Made by a program: the position numbers and the translations under genes. A DNA stretch of 64,000 nucleotides from an uncultured Candidatus Saccharibacteria bacterium (GTDB taxonomy: Bacteria > Patescibacteriota > Minisyncoccia > Phycocordibacterales > UBA9973), in assembly GCA_964646765.1 (NCBI GenBank), contig CAZYIA010000003.1, forward strand, positions 2,815 through 66,814, given 5' to 3'. Shown here one piece after another: positions 25,181-34,969 of this stretch (positions are counted from its first letter, which is position 1; each line of letters begins with the position of its first letter). A model generated the notes under the pieces. It ran no database searches, was not told where the DNA came from, and saw nothing but the letters and a program-made list of their open reading frames with translations.

Positions 25181-27153
25181 TCACTATGAAAAACAATTTT
25201 TATCTATCACTATTTTTTAGTATCTTACTTTTTTTCTCAGTTCCTTCTATTACTAAGGCAGCTGATAGTGATGTAATTCAAGATACATCCGATTCAGGAA
25301 CGTCTCAAACTGTAACTGATGATACAACCACCAATGATATAACCCCAGATACTCCTCCGGCACCGTCCAATCCTCTAAGCTTTTCTGAAACAGTAATTGT
25401 TCGAGCAGGGGACAATGTGCTTTTTAATGGGGTAGTTGCTATTCCAGAAGAAGGAACTATCGAAGCACTTGATGCTACGGGAACATTACATTTTGTACCA
25501 ACGACAAGCGCTCTTGGATTACTTGAAGCTGTCGATGCAGTAAGTGATACTTTTTCTATTTCTGATCTTGAGTACTACGCTTCTTTTGGTTCTTTATATC
25601 TGAAATGTATTACTTCTAGTACCAATCAGTCATTATGTGACAACTGGCAGTTTGTCGTAAACGGGTCAACACCCACCGTTGGTATAGATAAAACGATGCT
25701 CTCTGACGGAGAAACAGTTGGATTTTATTTTGGCTCGCCACACCAGCTTATTTTTCCAGGAAGTACGTATCATGCAGGTGACACGATTACCGTGACTGCA
25801 GAGAACTATAACTACGAGGATAATACCTGGAGCCCACTCTCTGGAGTAACAGTGAGTGCAACAACACCTAATGCTAGTGACCCGTATACTCCTACTGTTG
25901 TTAGTGGTGGGATAACTGATACTGAAGGACACGCTTCATTTATTGTTGCAGATCCAGGGACATACGACGTTGGTATCCTTGAAGATTATTATTTCCCGTC
26001 ATATCCACTTACGGTTATATCACCTCAAAACACAGCACCTGCGCCAGTGATTATTTCTGGGGGAGGAGTCCCGCTAGAGATAATTGATAAAAAATTTGAT
26101 CCCCAAAAGGCAGCCCAATTTCTTATACAAAATTTTGACAATACTGAGACAGCAGACGGAGAACTCTACGGTGACTGGGCCATTATTGGTTTATCGGCTA
26201 CTGACCTATCCCCAGAATTGAAACAACAATTGCGTGACTATCTGTGTCGCACTAAAGCAGTAAGTCCACTACTCACTGATACTGAACGGCATGCCATGGC
26301 GATCCTTTCGCTTGGGGGTGACCCATATACTTTTTGCGGAGAAAACTATATTCAAGCAATTTTGCAGAACTTTGATGGTTCGCAATTTGGCGATAACTCT
26401 CTCGTCAATGATGATATTTTTGCGCTCATTCCACTTCTGGCTTCTGGCTACACTCTTAAAGATGCCAACATTCAAGCAGATACTACATTTATTCTTAACC
26501 ACCAAAAAGCAGATGGCTCGTGGGAAGAAAGTGTTGACCTCACTTCCGCTGCGGTCCAAGCTCTGTATCCTCTTGAGACAGTACCTGAGGTGGCAGTGGC
26601 AATTCAGCATGGAGTTGCCTATATTGATAGTTTTCAAAAAGAGAATGGAAGTTTCGATGATTCAGTTTTTTCTACCGCCTGGGCACTCCAATCAAAACAG
26701 ATAGTTCCTAACGAAGATAGTTCTTTGACGAATAGCCTGGCATATTTTGGCTCACTTCAGTCAGATGACGGAGGCCTACTCCAAACTGGAGAAAGCATGC
26801 ATCAGCGAATATGGGCAACAAGTTATGCATTGCCTGCCACCCTTCAAAAATCATGGATTACGATTCTTGTTCCCGCTCAAAGACCAGCTGAAATAACGAT
26901 CGATGTACCAAAAATAATTTCCCAACCTCCTGCTGATACTGCTCAAAAGAAACATACCAACCAAAAATATTCAACACAAACAGTGTCAGTATCTTCAAAG
27001 ACTCCCAAGGAAACTAAAAGTACGACCCCACAAGAAAAAGAATCTGTAAAACTTTCAGCTACAGTACTAGCAAGTGACGCCTCGCGTAGTTTCTCATTTA
27101 AGAGATTTTTCCAGTCACTCGTATCCGCCATACTCTCTAGGGTTGCTTTTTAG
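25165..27153 (+). CDS. Secreted surface protein with a DUF4430 (B12-binding beta) domain plus a squalene-cyclase/prenyltransferase-like alpha-alpha toroid (transcobalamin/intrinsic-factor-like)
   Basis: Signal peptide. NWQFVVNGSTPTVGIDKTMLSDGETVGFYFG is a DUF4430 signature. Downstream repeats (GDWAIIGLSAT; DDIFALIPLLASG; DGSWEESVDLTSAAVQALY; NGSFDDSVFSTAWALQ; DDGGL) are characteristic of alpha6/alpha6 toroid folds. The C-terminus is S/T/K-rich. Confidence 0.55.
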   Translation: MATKVVTMKNNFYLSLFFSILLFFSVPSITKAADSDVIQDTSDSGTSQTVTDDTTTNDITPDTPPAPSNPLSFSETVIVRAGDNVLFNGVVAIPEEGTIEALDATGTLHFVPTTSALGLLEAVDAVSDTFSISDLEYYASFGSLYLKCITSSTNQSLCDNWQFVVNGSTPTVGIDKTMLSDGETVGFYFGSPHQLIFPGSTYHAGDTITVTAENYNYEDNTWSPLSGVTVSATTPNASDPYTPTVVSGGITDTEGHASFIVADPGTYDVGILEDYYFPSYPLTVISPQNTAPAPVIISGGGVPLEIIDKKFDPQKAAQFLIQNFDNTETADGELYGDWAIIGLSATDLSPELKQQLRDYLCRTKAVSPLLTDTERHAMAILSLGGDPYTFCGENYIQAILQNFDGSQFGDNSLVNDDIFALIPLLASGYTLKDANIQADTTFILNHQKADGSWEESVDLTSAAVQALYPLETVPEVAVAIQHGVAYIDSFQKENGSFDDSVFSTAWALQSKQIVPNEDSSLTNSLAYFGSLQSDDGGLLQTGESMHQRIWATSYALPATLQKSWITILVPAQRPAEITIDVPKIISQPPADTAQKKHTNQKYSTQTVSVSSKTPKETKSTTPQEKESVKLSATVLASDASRSFSFKRFFQSLVSAILSRVAF

Positions 27154-27159
27154 AAAAAC

Positions 27160-27501
27160 TTGTTGCATACTTTCGAAACTAGTATGGCAACAAAAGAGCG
27201 CAAAATAAAACAGCCCCTTCCGCGTACAGCCTACCGACGAAACGCCGAAACTTACAAGATTTTGGCTAATTCAAAGCGTCTCGAAATTTTAAATTTACTC
27301 CGTGAACAGGAAATGTCAGTTGAAGAGTTGGTTAAGATTCTTGGCGTAGCTAAAGCAAATGTCTCGCAGCATCTCGCACTTTTACGTCACGCACATCTTG
27401 TAACGGTACATCGCAAAGGCTTAAATGCGTACTACAATATCATTGACCCTCGTATTGTTGAGCCATGTCGAATTCTCCACGCTCTCGCGCATAATCGCTA
27501 G
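27160..27501 (+). CDS. ArsR/SmtB-family HTH transcriptional regulator
   Basis: NSKRLEILNLLREQEMSVEELVKILGVAKANVSQHLALLRHAHLV. Confidence 0.7.
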   Translation: MLHTFETSMATKERKIKQPLPRTAYRRNAETYKILANSKRLEILNLLREQEMSVEELVKILGVAKANVSQHLALLRHAHLVTVHRKGLNAYYNIIDPRIVEPCRILHALAHNR

Positions 27502-27967
27502 TGAGTATGGAGGGTCTCGCTGTTAAGGCTAAAGCCTTGCTTGAAAAAATCCCATACATCACGCTTACTACAGTTTCAGAAAAAGGGGATCCGCACAACT
27601 CACCAGTATATGCTGTACACGATGAGAAGTATGCCTTTTTCTGGAATTCTTCCGTAGAATCTGTGCACTCAAAAAATATTGCAGCGAACGGAAAAGTATC
27701 TATTGTTGTCTACGATCAACTGTCCTTGAAGGACAAGGGTTTGGCGTCTACATGGATGGCATTGCAGAAGAGCTTACCGGTGAAGATCTTGAGCATGTAA
27801 TTGCAATTTTCTACGCGAAAAAAGGAAAAGAACCTGCGCCAACTAATGTATTTATGGCCCCATCGCTTCGCCGAATGTATCGAGTGGTACCAACAAAAAT
27901 TTGGGTAAATACTTACGAAAAAGGCCGCACGCCGCCTGATGGTAAGGCCGAAGTTCGCCTGGTTTAG
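27501..27967 (+). pseudogene. Pyridoxamine-5'-phosphate-oxidase-like (FMN-binding split-barrel) gene interrupted by a frameshift near 27735-27750
   Basis: Track ORFs 27501..27800 and 27752..27967 are consecutive halves of one PNPOx-like protein in different frames (..VSIVVYDQLS | GFGVYMDGIAEELTGEDLEHV..). This is either a real pseudogene or an assembly indel. Confidence 0.5.
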
Positions 27968-28008
27968 TCTTCATCAATTCTTCATCTCTCCTTGGTTATA
28001 CTGCACAG

Positions 28009-29694
28009 ATGCAGATTCCATTGGTATTTGAACGCGGTAAAGTGTTTGTTATGGGCCATAAAAAAATAGTTATTGGTGTGCTCTGTATTCTCGCGATCGG
28101 AGGCTATTTTATTTTTCGTACTAGTTCAAGCAAAGCTGAAACAAGTTATCTTATTTCCCCAGTTGAGAAGGGAACCATTATTGCTTCAATAACTGGTAGT
28201 GGTCAGGTTGAATCTTCCGATCAAATCGACCTGAAGTCACGTTCTTCTGGAGAAATAACTCGAATTAATGCACACGCTGGCCAAACAGTACATCGAGGAC
28301 AAACGCTTTTTGTAACCGATACTCGCGATGCTGAAAAGTTGGTTCGCGATGCCGAGACATCTCTTGAACTCACACAACTTGACCTCGATAAATTTACTGC
28401 TCCCCCAGAAAATACTGCAGTACAGAGTTTACAAAATGCGATGCTCAATGCGGAGAAAACAAAACATGATGCGGCAACTGATGTTGCAAAAGCCTACCAA
28501 AATCTTTTGAATTCATCAGTTGATGCTAGTGCTGATACCATTGCTAATTCAGTTACACCGCCCACAATTACTGGAACTTATACTAAAGGAGAAGAAGTAA
28601 CTATTACTATTTCTGTATATCAAACCGCAGATAGTGCATATTGGAGCGCTTCAAGTGATCCAAGTGGACTCGTAACAGGTTCAGGTATTGTTAGTTCAGC
28701 ATCCTCTCAACCTATTGGAGATTCCGGACTCTTTATTAAATTTTCTAACACAACAGCTATTCAACCCAAGTGGGTGATTGAGATTCCCAATAAGACGGTA
28801 GCTGCTTACGCAAGTAATCTTGTGGCATATCAAACTGCTCTTGCTAATCAAGAAAAAGTTGACCGAGATGCCGATCTTTCTGTTGCTCAGGCAAAAGAAG
28901 ATCTCAATACTCTCTACCACCCTGATGATCTTGAATTACGCACCAAGCAACTTGCTGTAAAACAAAAACAAGACGCACTCGAAGATGCTAAAAGTGCTCT
29001 CGCGGATTGCTATGTTACTGCTCCATTTGCAGGAACTATTGCAACAGTTACGGCAAAAGTAGGGGATACTGCTTCGGGGATACTTGGCACACTGATTACC
29101 GATCAAAAAGTGGCTACGATATCGCTGAACGAAGTTGATATTTCAAAAATCAAACTTGGTCAAAAAGCAACGCTTACCTTTGATGCTCTCGATGATTTTT
29201 CACTCACTGGGGAAGTTGCTGATATTGATGTTACGGGCACTGTTTCTCAAGGAGTAGTGAACTATAACGTCAAAATTGCTTTTGATACTGACAGCGAAAA
29301 AGTTAAACCCGGAATGAGTGTTTCAGCTGCGATTATCATTGATACAAAACAAGATGTTCTTACAGTTCCTGTTTCAGCTGTAAAGAACGGAGCCAATGGA
29401 AGTTATGTAGAAAAATTCCCTTCTACTGTAGCTCTTACTGCTTCTGCGAGTGGTCAGGGAGTGCTTTCAAAAGCCACTCCCGAGCAAGTGCCCGTCGAAA
29501 CAGGTATTTCTGACGATACTTCAATTGAAATTGTTTCAGGACTCTCGGAAGGAGAAAAAATTATTTCTCGCACTATTACTGCCGCGAAACCAACAACAGC
29601 TACACAAGCACCGAGCCTTCTTGGTGGAGGCGGGGCACGTTTAGGCGGCGGCGGTAACCGTTCATTTAGTGGCGGAGCAGCATTTGGCCGATAG
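28009..29694 (+). CDS. HlyD/MacA-type periplasmic adaptor (membrane fusion protein) with a long coiled-coil and a Gly-rich C-terminus
   Basis: N-terminal TM anchor, a biotinyl/lipoyl-like barrel (GSGQVESSDQIDLKSRSSGEITRINAHAGQTVHRGQTLF), a long alpha-helical hairpin, and a position immediately upstream of the MacB-type ABC pair. Confidence 0.7.
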   Translation: MQIPLVFERGKVFVMGHKKIVIGVLCILAIGGYFIFRTSSSKAETSYLISPVEKGTIIASITGSGQVESSDQIDLKSRSSGEITRINAHAGQTVHRGQTLFVTDTRDAEKLVRDAETSLELTQLDLDKFTAPPENTAVQSLQNAMLNAEKTKHDAATDVAKAYQNLLNSSVDASADTIANSVTPPTITGTYTKGEEVTITISVYQTADSAYWSASSDPSGLVTGSGIVSSASSQPIGDSGLFIKFSNTTAIQPKWVIEIPNKTVAAYASNLVAYQTALANQEKVDRDADLSVAQAKEDLNTLYHPDDLELRTKQLAVKQKQDALEDAKSALADCYVTAPFAGTIATVTAKVGDTASGILGTLITDQKVATISLNEVDISKIKLGQKATLTFDALDDFSLTGEVADIDVTGTVSQGVVNYNVKIAFDTDSEKVKPGMSVSAAIIIDTKQDVLTVPVSAVKNGANGSYVEKFPSTVALTASASGQGVLSKATPEQVPVETGISDDTSIEIVSGLSEGEKIISRTITAAKPTTATQAPSLLGGGGARLGGGGNRSFSGGAAFGR

Positions 29695-29695
29695 T

Positions 29696-30388
29696 ATGAT
29701 TACCATTACCGATATAACTAAAACGTATCAATCAGGTGATGTGTCATTTCAAGCACTTAAGGGAGTTTCGTTCTCAATTCATGACGGAGAATTTGTAGCT
29801 ATCATGGGTCCGTCGGGTTCAGGCAAGTCAACACTGATGCACATTCTTGGAGCGCTCGATAATCCAAGTTCCGGTAGTTATTTCCTTGACGGCAAAGATG
29901 TTTCAACACTCTCCGACGATGCGCTTGCTGATATTCGTCGAGAAAAAATCGGTTTTGTTTTTCAAGCATTTAATCTTCTCCCTCGGGCAACTGTTCTTCG
30001 AAATGTGGCATTACCCCTCGTATATGAAGGTATTCCATCTGAGTCGCGCGACGAAAAAGCTCGCACAGCGCTTCTCTCGGCGGGACTTGATGAACAATAT
30101 TTTACCCATCTCTCCAACCAACTTTCTGGAGGCCAGATTCAACGTGTGGCCATTGCTCGAGCGTTGGTTAATAATCCTTCGCTTATTCTTGCCGACGAAC
30201 CAACAGGAAATCTTGATTCCCGAACTGGGGAAATTGTGCTCTCTACATTTCAAAAATTAAATCGCGAAGAAAGGCGCACTATTATTTTGATTACCCACGA
30301 ACAAGATGTAGCCGAGCATGCCGATAGAATTATTTTCATTAAAGACGGATTAATAAAAAGCGACACGCCTGTACACCACACCGCATGA
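29696..30388 (+). CDS. ABC transporter ATP-binding protein (MacB/LolD-type)
   Basis: ATG at 29696. Walker [13 protein letters not shown] signature [15 protein letters not shown], Walker [13 protein letters not shown]. Confidence 0.85.
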   Translation: MITITDITKTYQSGDVSFQALKGVSFSIHDGEFVAIMGPSGSGKSTLMHILGALDNPSSGSYFLDGKDVSTLSDDALADIRREKIGFVFQAFNLLPRATVLRNVALPLVYEGIPSESRDEKARTALLSAGLDEQYFTHLSNQLSGGQIQRVAIARALVNNPSLILADEPTGNLDSRTGEIVLSTFQKLNREERRTIILITHEQDVAEHADRIIFIKDGLIKSDTPVHHTA

Positions 30389-31608
30389 CATTTAACGACA
30401 CACTCAACGAAACATATCTTGCGCTCTCGTCGAATAAAGTTCGATCAGGCCTTACCATGCTCGGCATTGTCATCGGTATCAGTTCAGTAATTGCTATGAC
30501 TGCTATCGGTAACGGGGCGCAGAGTACGATTGAAGCGAATATTCAATCAATCGGGGCAAACCTTATTACTATTGTTCCTGGGGCCCAGCGTGGAACTGGC
30601 GTACAAATTTCTGCTGGCCGTGGTTCGGCAAAATCTCTTACTTTGGCTGATGCTACTGCATTAGAGAGTGGTTTGGATTCGGTGAAAGCGGTTGCGCCAG
30701 AAGTTTCGGGACGCTATCAAATTGCGACAAAGGGGGCGAATACTAATACGTCGGTTTCTGGGGTAACTCCAGATTATCTTATTGTACACAATGCTGACAT
30801 TGACGAAGGAGTATTTATTAGTGATCAAAACATTACGAGCGCGAGTAAGGTTGCGGTTATTGGGCCTACGGTTCGCGATGACTTATTTGGTGAAGGAGTT
30901 AACGCTCTTGGGGCAACCATTCGCATTAAACAGATACAATTTAAAGTAATTGGGATCATGCGCTCAAAAGGGGGAACTGGTTTTAATAATCCCGATGATC
31001 AGGTTTATATTCCGATAACTTCTGCTCAACGATATTTTTCCGGTGATCAATACGTTTCTTCAATTAGTGTTGCGGCAACTGACGCCAACTCGACAACTAG
31101 CGCTCAAGAAGAGGTAACCACGGTACTTTTGGATCGCCATAAAATTTCTGATCCCACACTCGCTGACTTTTCGACCATCAACCAAGCAGACATTATCGCG
31201 ACTGCTTCTACGGTAACGGGTACTTTTACGAAATTACTTGCCGCCGTTGCCGGCATTTCACTACTGGTTGGGGGTATCGGTATCATGAATATGATGCTCA
31301 CCACCGTAACTGAGCGAACTCGCGAAATCGGGTTACGTAAGGCAATCGGCGCAAAAGAGAAAGATATCAATAAACAGTTTCTTGTGGAGGCAGTCATGCT
31401 CACCTGTATCGGCGGCACTATCGGGATTATTCTCGGATGGCTGATTACCTTTGCATTCACACATCTTGGCGTTATTCAGACGAAAGTCTCAATTAGTTCG
31501 ATTCTCCTTGCCTTTGGAGTTTCGACGGTTATCGGCATTCTATTCGGGTACTATCCAGCCCGTCGTGCTGCGAAGCTAAATCCGATTGAGGCGCTTCGCT
31601 ATGAGTAA
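30385..31608 (+). CDS. ABC transporter permease, FtsX/MacB family
   Basis: N-terminal TM, a large periplasmic domain, and three C-terminal TM helices with the FtsX-like region (GGIGIMNMMLTTVTERTREIGLRKAIGA). Confidence 0.8.
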   Translation: MTFNDTLNETYLALSSNKVRSGLTMLGIVIGISSVIAMTAIGNGAQSTIEANIQSIGANLITIVPGAQRGTGVQISAGRGSAKSLTLADATALESGLDSVKAVAPEVSGRYQIATKGANTNTSVSGVTPDYLIVHNADIDEGVFISDQNITSASKVAVIGPTVRDDLFGEGVNALGATIRIKQIQFKVIGIMRSKGGTGFNNPDDQVYIPITSAQRYFSGDQYVSSISVAATDANSTTSAQEEVTTVLLDRHKISDPTLADFSTINQADIIATASTVTGTFTKLLAAVAGISLLVGGIGIMNMMLTTVTERTREIGLRKAIGAKEKDINKQFLVEAVMLTCIGGTIGIILGWLITFAFTHLGVIQTKVSISSILLAFGVSTVIGILFGYYPARRAAKLNPIEALRYE

Positions 31609-31635
31609 CGTATTATTCAGTTAATTAGTATAGAT

Positions 31636-32085
31636 ATGGAAAAAAAATATAGTGCATATATTGTAGTTGGTGCGGTCATTCTCGCTGTCATTTCATTTTA
31701 TGGGGGAGAGGTGTACGCAAAATACAAAGTAAGCTCGTCATTTCGTAGCGGCCAAATGATGGGAAATCGCCAAGGTGGGTTTTCTGGTGGTCAACAAGGA
31801 AATCGTTTTCGTAGCAGTATGGGCGGCTTCATTGCCGGAACTATTTTAAGTAAAGATGCCCAAACTATAACTATCAGTCTTCCTGATGGCAGTTCAAAAA
31901 TTGTGCTTATCGGAGAAAGTACCCAAGTTTCAAAATTTACTCCTGGGACAGACAATGATTTAACCTTAGGAACTTCGGTTATGGTTATGGGAGCGCCAAA
32001 TTCTGATGGCTCAATTACCGCTCAATCTGTTCAAATTCGTCCAGCATCTTCAAATGGGACGAGTACGGCTCCACAAGTAAAATAG
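31636..32085 (+). CDS. Hypothetical exported protein (signal anchor; G/S/Q-rich)
   Basis: N-terminal hydrophobic anchor. No recognisable domain. Confidence 0.45.
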   Translation: MEKKYSAYIVVGAVILAVISFYGGEVYAKYKVSSSFRSGQMMGNRQGGFSGGQQGNRFRSSMGGFIAGTILSKDAQTITISLPDGSSKIVLIGESTQVSKFTPGTDNDLTLGTSVMVMGAPNSDGSITAQSVQIRPASSNGTSTAPQVK

Positions 32086-32268
32086 CAAACAAGCCTCTTT
32101 GACAGGTGTGCTACCATATATGTATGGAGTTTTTCGACGAGTTCATCGACTTTTTCGCTAAAATGAATGCCTGGGAATGGGCGGGATTTTTCGTAACCAT
32201 CTTTCTGACCTATGCTGTCGTAAAAATTATTATTTGGATTGTTCAATTATTAACCACACTATAATTGT

Positions 32269-32670
32269 ATGGATACAAACGAAAAAGTAGAAAAAACTGA
32301 ACGCGAGTGGCAGGAGAAGTTAACCGCTGAAGAATATGCAGTATTGCGTGGAAAGGGAACTGAGATGCCGGGCTCAGGAAAATATCTGCACGAAAAACGA
32401 GAAGGAAGCTACACCTGCAAAGCGTGTGGCAACCCACTTTTTTCTTCAGACACAAAGTTTGATTCTGGTACTGGTTGGCCATCATTCGATGAGGCTATTC
32501 CAGGAGCCGTGGAATTTATTGAAGATGGTAGTCATGGCATGGCGCGTACCGAAGTTGTTTGTGCAAAATGCAAATCACATCTGGGTCATGTATTTGATGA
32601 TGGTCCAACCAAAACTGGTAAGCGTTACTGTATGAACTCCGTGTGCTTAGATCTTAAAGAAAAAAAGTAG
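32269..32670 (+). CDS. msrB: Peptide methionine-(R)-S-oxide reductase MsrB
   Basis: CKACGNPLF...GTGWPSF...[16 protein letters not shown] with SelR zinc and catalytic Cys motifs. Confidence 0.85.
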   Translation: MDTNEKVEKTEREWQEKLTAEEYAVLRGKGTEMPGSGKYLHEKREGSYTCKACGNPLFSSDTKFDSGTGWPSFDEAIPGAVEFIEDGSHGMARTEVVCAKCKSHLGHVFDDGPTKTGKRYCMNSVCLDLKEKK

Positions 32671-32674
32671 CAAT

Positions 32675-32703
32675 CAAAAAAACCGGTATAGCCGGTTTTT
32701 TTG
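32675..32703. terminator. Bidirectional rho-independent terminator
   Basis: aaaaaaccggc-tata-gccggttttttt. Confidence 0.7.
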
Positions 32704-32705
32704 AT

Positions 32706-33188
32706 TTAGAATCCAAGAAGTTCGAGGAACTGATGCGTTTTCTGTTCAACCAGTTCTTGTTCTTTAATAAAAGGAGTAAGTTTGTCCTTAATTAAAGCTG
32801 GTGGGACTTCACCGATAGGAATAGCGACGAGAGGCATAACTTTACGGTTGGTCATGATAAGTAGATGTCGGTCATGGCCAGGGGGTACGATATCTGCTTC
32901 CTCAATCCAAAATGCGGAAATCGTTGAATATAAAAAGAGGGTTTCGTTAAGTCGAAGTCCACGGGCGCCAAGAGTTACGGTAAGTAGGCGCGGTGGGCGA
33001 GCAGTAAAGTAAAGTAAACTACCAACGCCAATTAACAAAAGGACGCCGAGGAGGAAATTTCCAAGAACAATAGAAGCAATAATGGCAATGAGGGTAACAA
33101 GCCCGATACCCCAATACCAGTCGTTTGAGTGGTTGCGGGGAGTATATTCGGGGATGCTCCACGAGAGTGCGTCGGGAGATTCTTGCAT
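32706..33188 (-). CDS. Hypothetical membrane protein (two TM helices + cytoplasmic domain)
   Basis: 160 aa with two adjacent TM helices. No recognisable motif. Confidence 0.45.
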   Translation of the reverse strand: MQESPDALSWSIPEYTPRNHSNDWYWGIGLVTLIAIIASIVLGNFLLGVLLLIGVGSLLYFTARPPRLLTVTLGARGLRLNETLFLYSTISAFWIEEADIVPPGHDRHLLIMTNRKVMPLVAIPIGEVPPALIKDKLTPFIKEQELVEQKTHQFLELLGF

Positions 33189-33216
33189 GTCACTATTGTA
33201 TCAAAAGAGTGAAAAC

Positions 33217-33456
33217 TTAGGAATGAGCTTCGTCTTGGTAAAAGTTTTTAGAGATCCAAAAGCGGAATGACGATAAGCATGAGCGCAATGAGTAGCAGTC
33301 TTTTGCTTTTGTTTCCTCAAGTGCTTGAGCAAGTTTTTCCCGAGAGGGGAGTGCTTCATTTTTTGCGCTGGCAAAGAGAGCTGCAATATGAGCTTCTTCA
33401 GCTTCGGTTACATCTTCTTTACCTCGATATTCAGTTGTAGTTGTGGTCTCCTTCAT
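33217..33456 (-). CDS. Small acidic protein translationally coupled to the ECF sigma factor (candidate anti-sigma factor)
   Basis: Its start overlaps the sigma-factor stop (ATGA-type overlap on the minus strand). 79 aa. The anti-sigma role is inferred from position only. Confidence 0.3.
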   Translation of the reverse strand: MKETTTTTEYRGKEDVTEAEEAHIAALFASAKNEALPSREKLAQALEETKAKDCYSLRSCLSSFRFWISKNFYQDEAHS

Positions 33457-34013
33457 AAGAGATCGTTACTACGGAACCGGTCTCGCAACTTGCGAAGCGC
33501 GCGGCTCTGTATTTGTCTAATATTTACTTCAGTCTTGCCCGTTTTTTGAGCAATTTCTTGGTTTGTAAGTTCATCGATGAAACGCATCGTGATAATATCG
33601 CGCTCATCACCGTGCAAAGTGGCAAGTGCTTCACGTACCAACTCTGAGGTCTCACGTTCTTCGGTTAGGTTTTGTGTGCCTGGTGTACTCTCGTCTAACT
33701 CTTTAATAAGGTCATCGCTCGGGATAGCCCGGTGAGGCTGTGAGCGAAAAAAGTCGATAACCAAGTTGCGGGCAGCAGTGTAGAGATACTTTTCTGGCGG
33801 GACTCCTCCACTGTAGGCGCTTAAACTGCGATACAGTTTGAGGAATAAGGTCTGGGTCAGATCTTCGGCCTCGCTTTTGCTCCGCACCCGGAAGAAGATA
33901 AATCGGTACAAGGGGGTATAGTAACTAAGGTAAATGGCCTCAAACGCTTCTTGGTCGCCATCCCGGTACCGCTCGATTAATTCTTTCAGGGCTATTTTTT
34001 CATTCAATCCCAT
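33453..34013 (-). CDS. RNA polymerase sigma-70 factor, ECF subfamily
   Basis: Region 2 (YLSYYTPLYRFIFFRVRSKSEAEDLTQTLFLKLY) and region 4 (DIITMRFIDELTNQEIAQKTGKTEVNIRQIQSRALRKLR). Confidence 0.8.
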   Translation of the reverse strand: MGLNEKIALKELIERYRDGDQEAFEAIYLSYYTPLYRFIFFRVRSKSEAEDLTQTLFLKLYRSLSAYSGGVPPEKYLYTAARNLVIDFFRSQPHRAIPSDDLIKELDESTPGTQNLTEERETSELVREALATLHGDERDIITMRFIDELTNQEIAQKTGKTEVNIRQIQSRALRKLRDRFRSNDLL

Positions 34014-34193
34014 ACATGGTAACGCACAGTCTTAGCTTTTCGTGACAAAGCTTCGGCTACACGTGTTAGCTAGTTTGCTAATGCCTGCTGGGTTAGCAGG
34101 TTCCTATAAAGGGTACCCCATACTTTTTGAATAGCAAGTCCTTTTTTCACGTTTTATTTAGAAAAATCAAGAGCCCATTTGGGGTTATAAAAA

Positions 34194-34904
34194 TTATGAA
34201 CCCTGGTTTTTAACCCGGTACACATTCATAACATTATGCGCCAAACGGGTTGGTTCAGGCATTCGATGGTCTCGGATTACTCGTAACACCCACCCAATAG
34301 ATTCTTGGACGGTAATGCGGTGACCAGGAGAAATAAACATTGGTTTCACTTTTCGCTTTGTTCGTACTGCGGCTCCGATGTTTTCTTTCGAAACAAACCT
34401 ATCACGTAAGTAAGAAAAAGAACCCCGTTCAAATTCTGGCTCCTCATATATTCCAGTGAGAACTTTTTTAGCACAACCGATGGTTGGAATATCTAATAGA
34501 ACGCCTAAGTGTGAAGCAATACCAATACGGCGTGGATGGGCAATGCCAACACCATCAACAAAAATAAGATCAGGAATCTGTTTCAGTTTTTTCCAAGCGT
34601 GAAGTAGCGCCGGCACTTCACGAAATGAGAGTAAGCCAGGAACATACGGGAACGATGTTTCTTCGCGTACTACCGCGTGGTCAACAAGAATAAGTTCAGG
34701 GTAGGTGAGAACAACAAAACCAGCGAAAATAGTTGTCGAATACAAATTCATCGAAACATCACATCCGGCAATAAAGCGGACTTTTTTGTTAAACGGTACG
34801 AGGCGCACTTTTTCTCGCAAATCTTTTTGAATTGCGACAGCTTCTTTGGGTGAAACATTCCAGTTGTGGGTAATTTTATTCATCATTTTTATACTAACGC
34901 GCAA
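34194..34904 (-). CDS. nfi: Endonuclease V (deoxyinosine 3' endonuclease)
   Basis: YVPGLLSFREVPALLHAWKKL...IFVDGVGIAHPRRIGIASHLGVLLDIPTIGCAKK matches the Endonuclease V family closely. The likely start is the internal MNKITHNW. Confidence 0.8.
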   Translation of the reverse strand: MRVSIKMMNKITHNWNVSPKEAVAIQKDLREKVRLVPFNKKVRFIAGCDVSMNLYSTTIFAGFVVLTYPELILVDHAVVREETSFPYVPGLLSFREVPALLHAWKKLKQIPDLIFVDGVGIAHPRRIGIASHLGVLLDIPTIGCAKKVLTGIYEEPEFERGSFSYLRDRFVSKENIGAAVRTKRKVKPMFISPGHRITVQESIGWVLRVIRDHRMPEPTRLAHNVMNVYRVKNQGS

Positions 34905-34969
34905 AAGAAAAGCCGGTTACACTCGCGAAAAACGAAAGTGTAACCGGCTAGAAAAAAGTTGGGTGGTAG

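Noticed and set aside
32103-32258. Unlisted 45-aa [49 protein letters not shown] between the exported protein gene and msrB
   Set aside because: It is a plausible tiny TM peptide but below the size where sequence alone is convincing. It is mentioned only for completeness.
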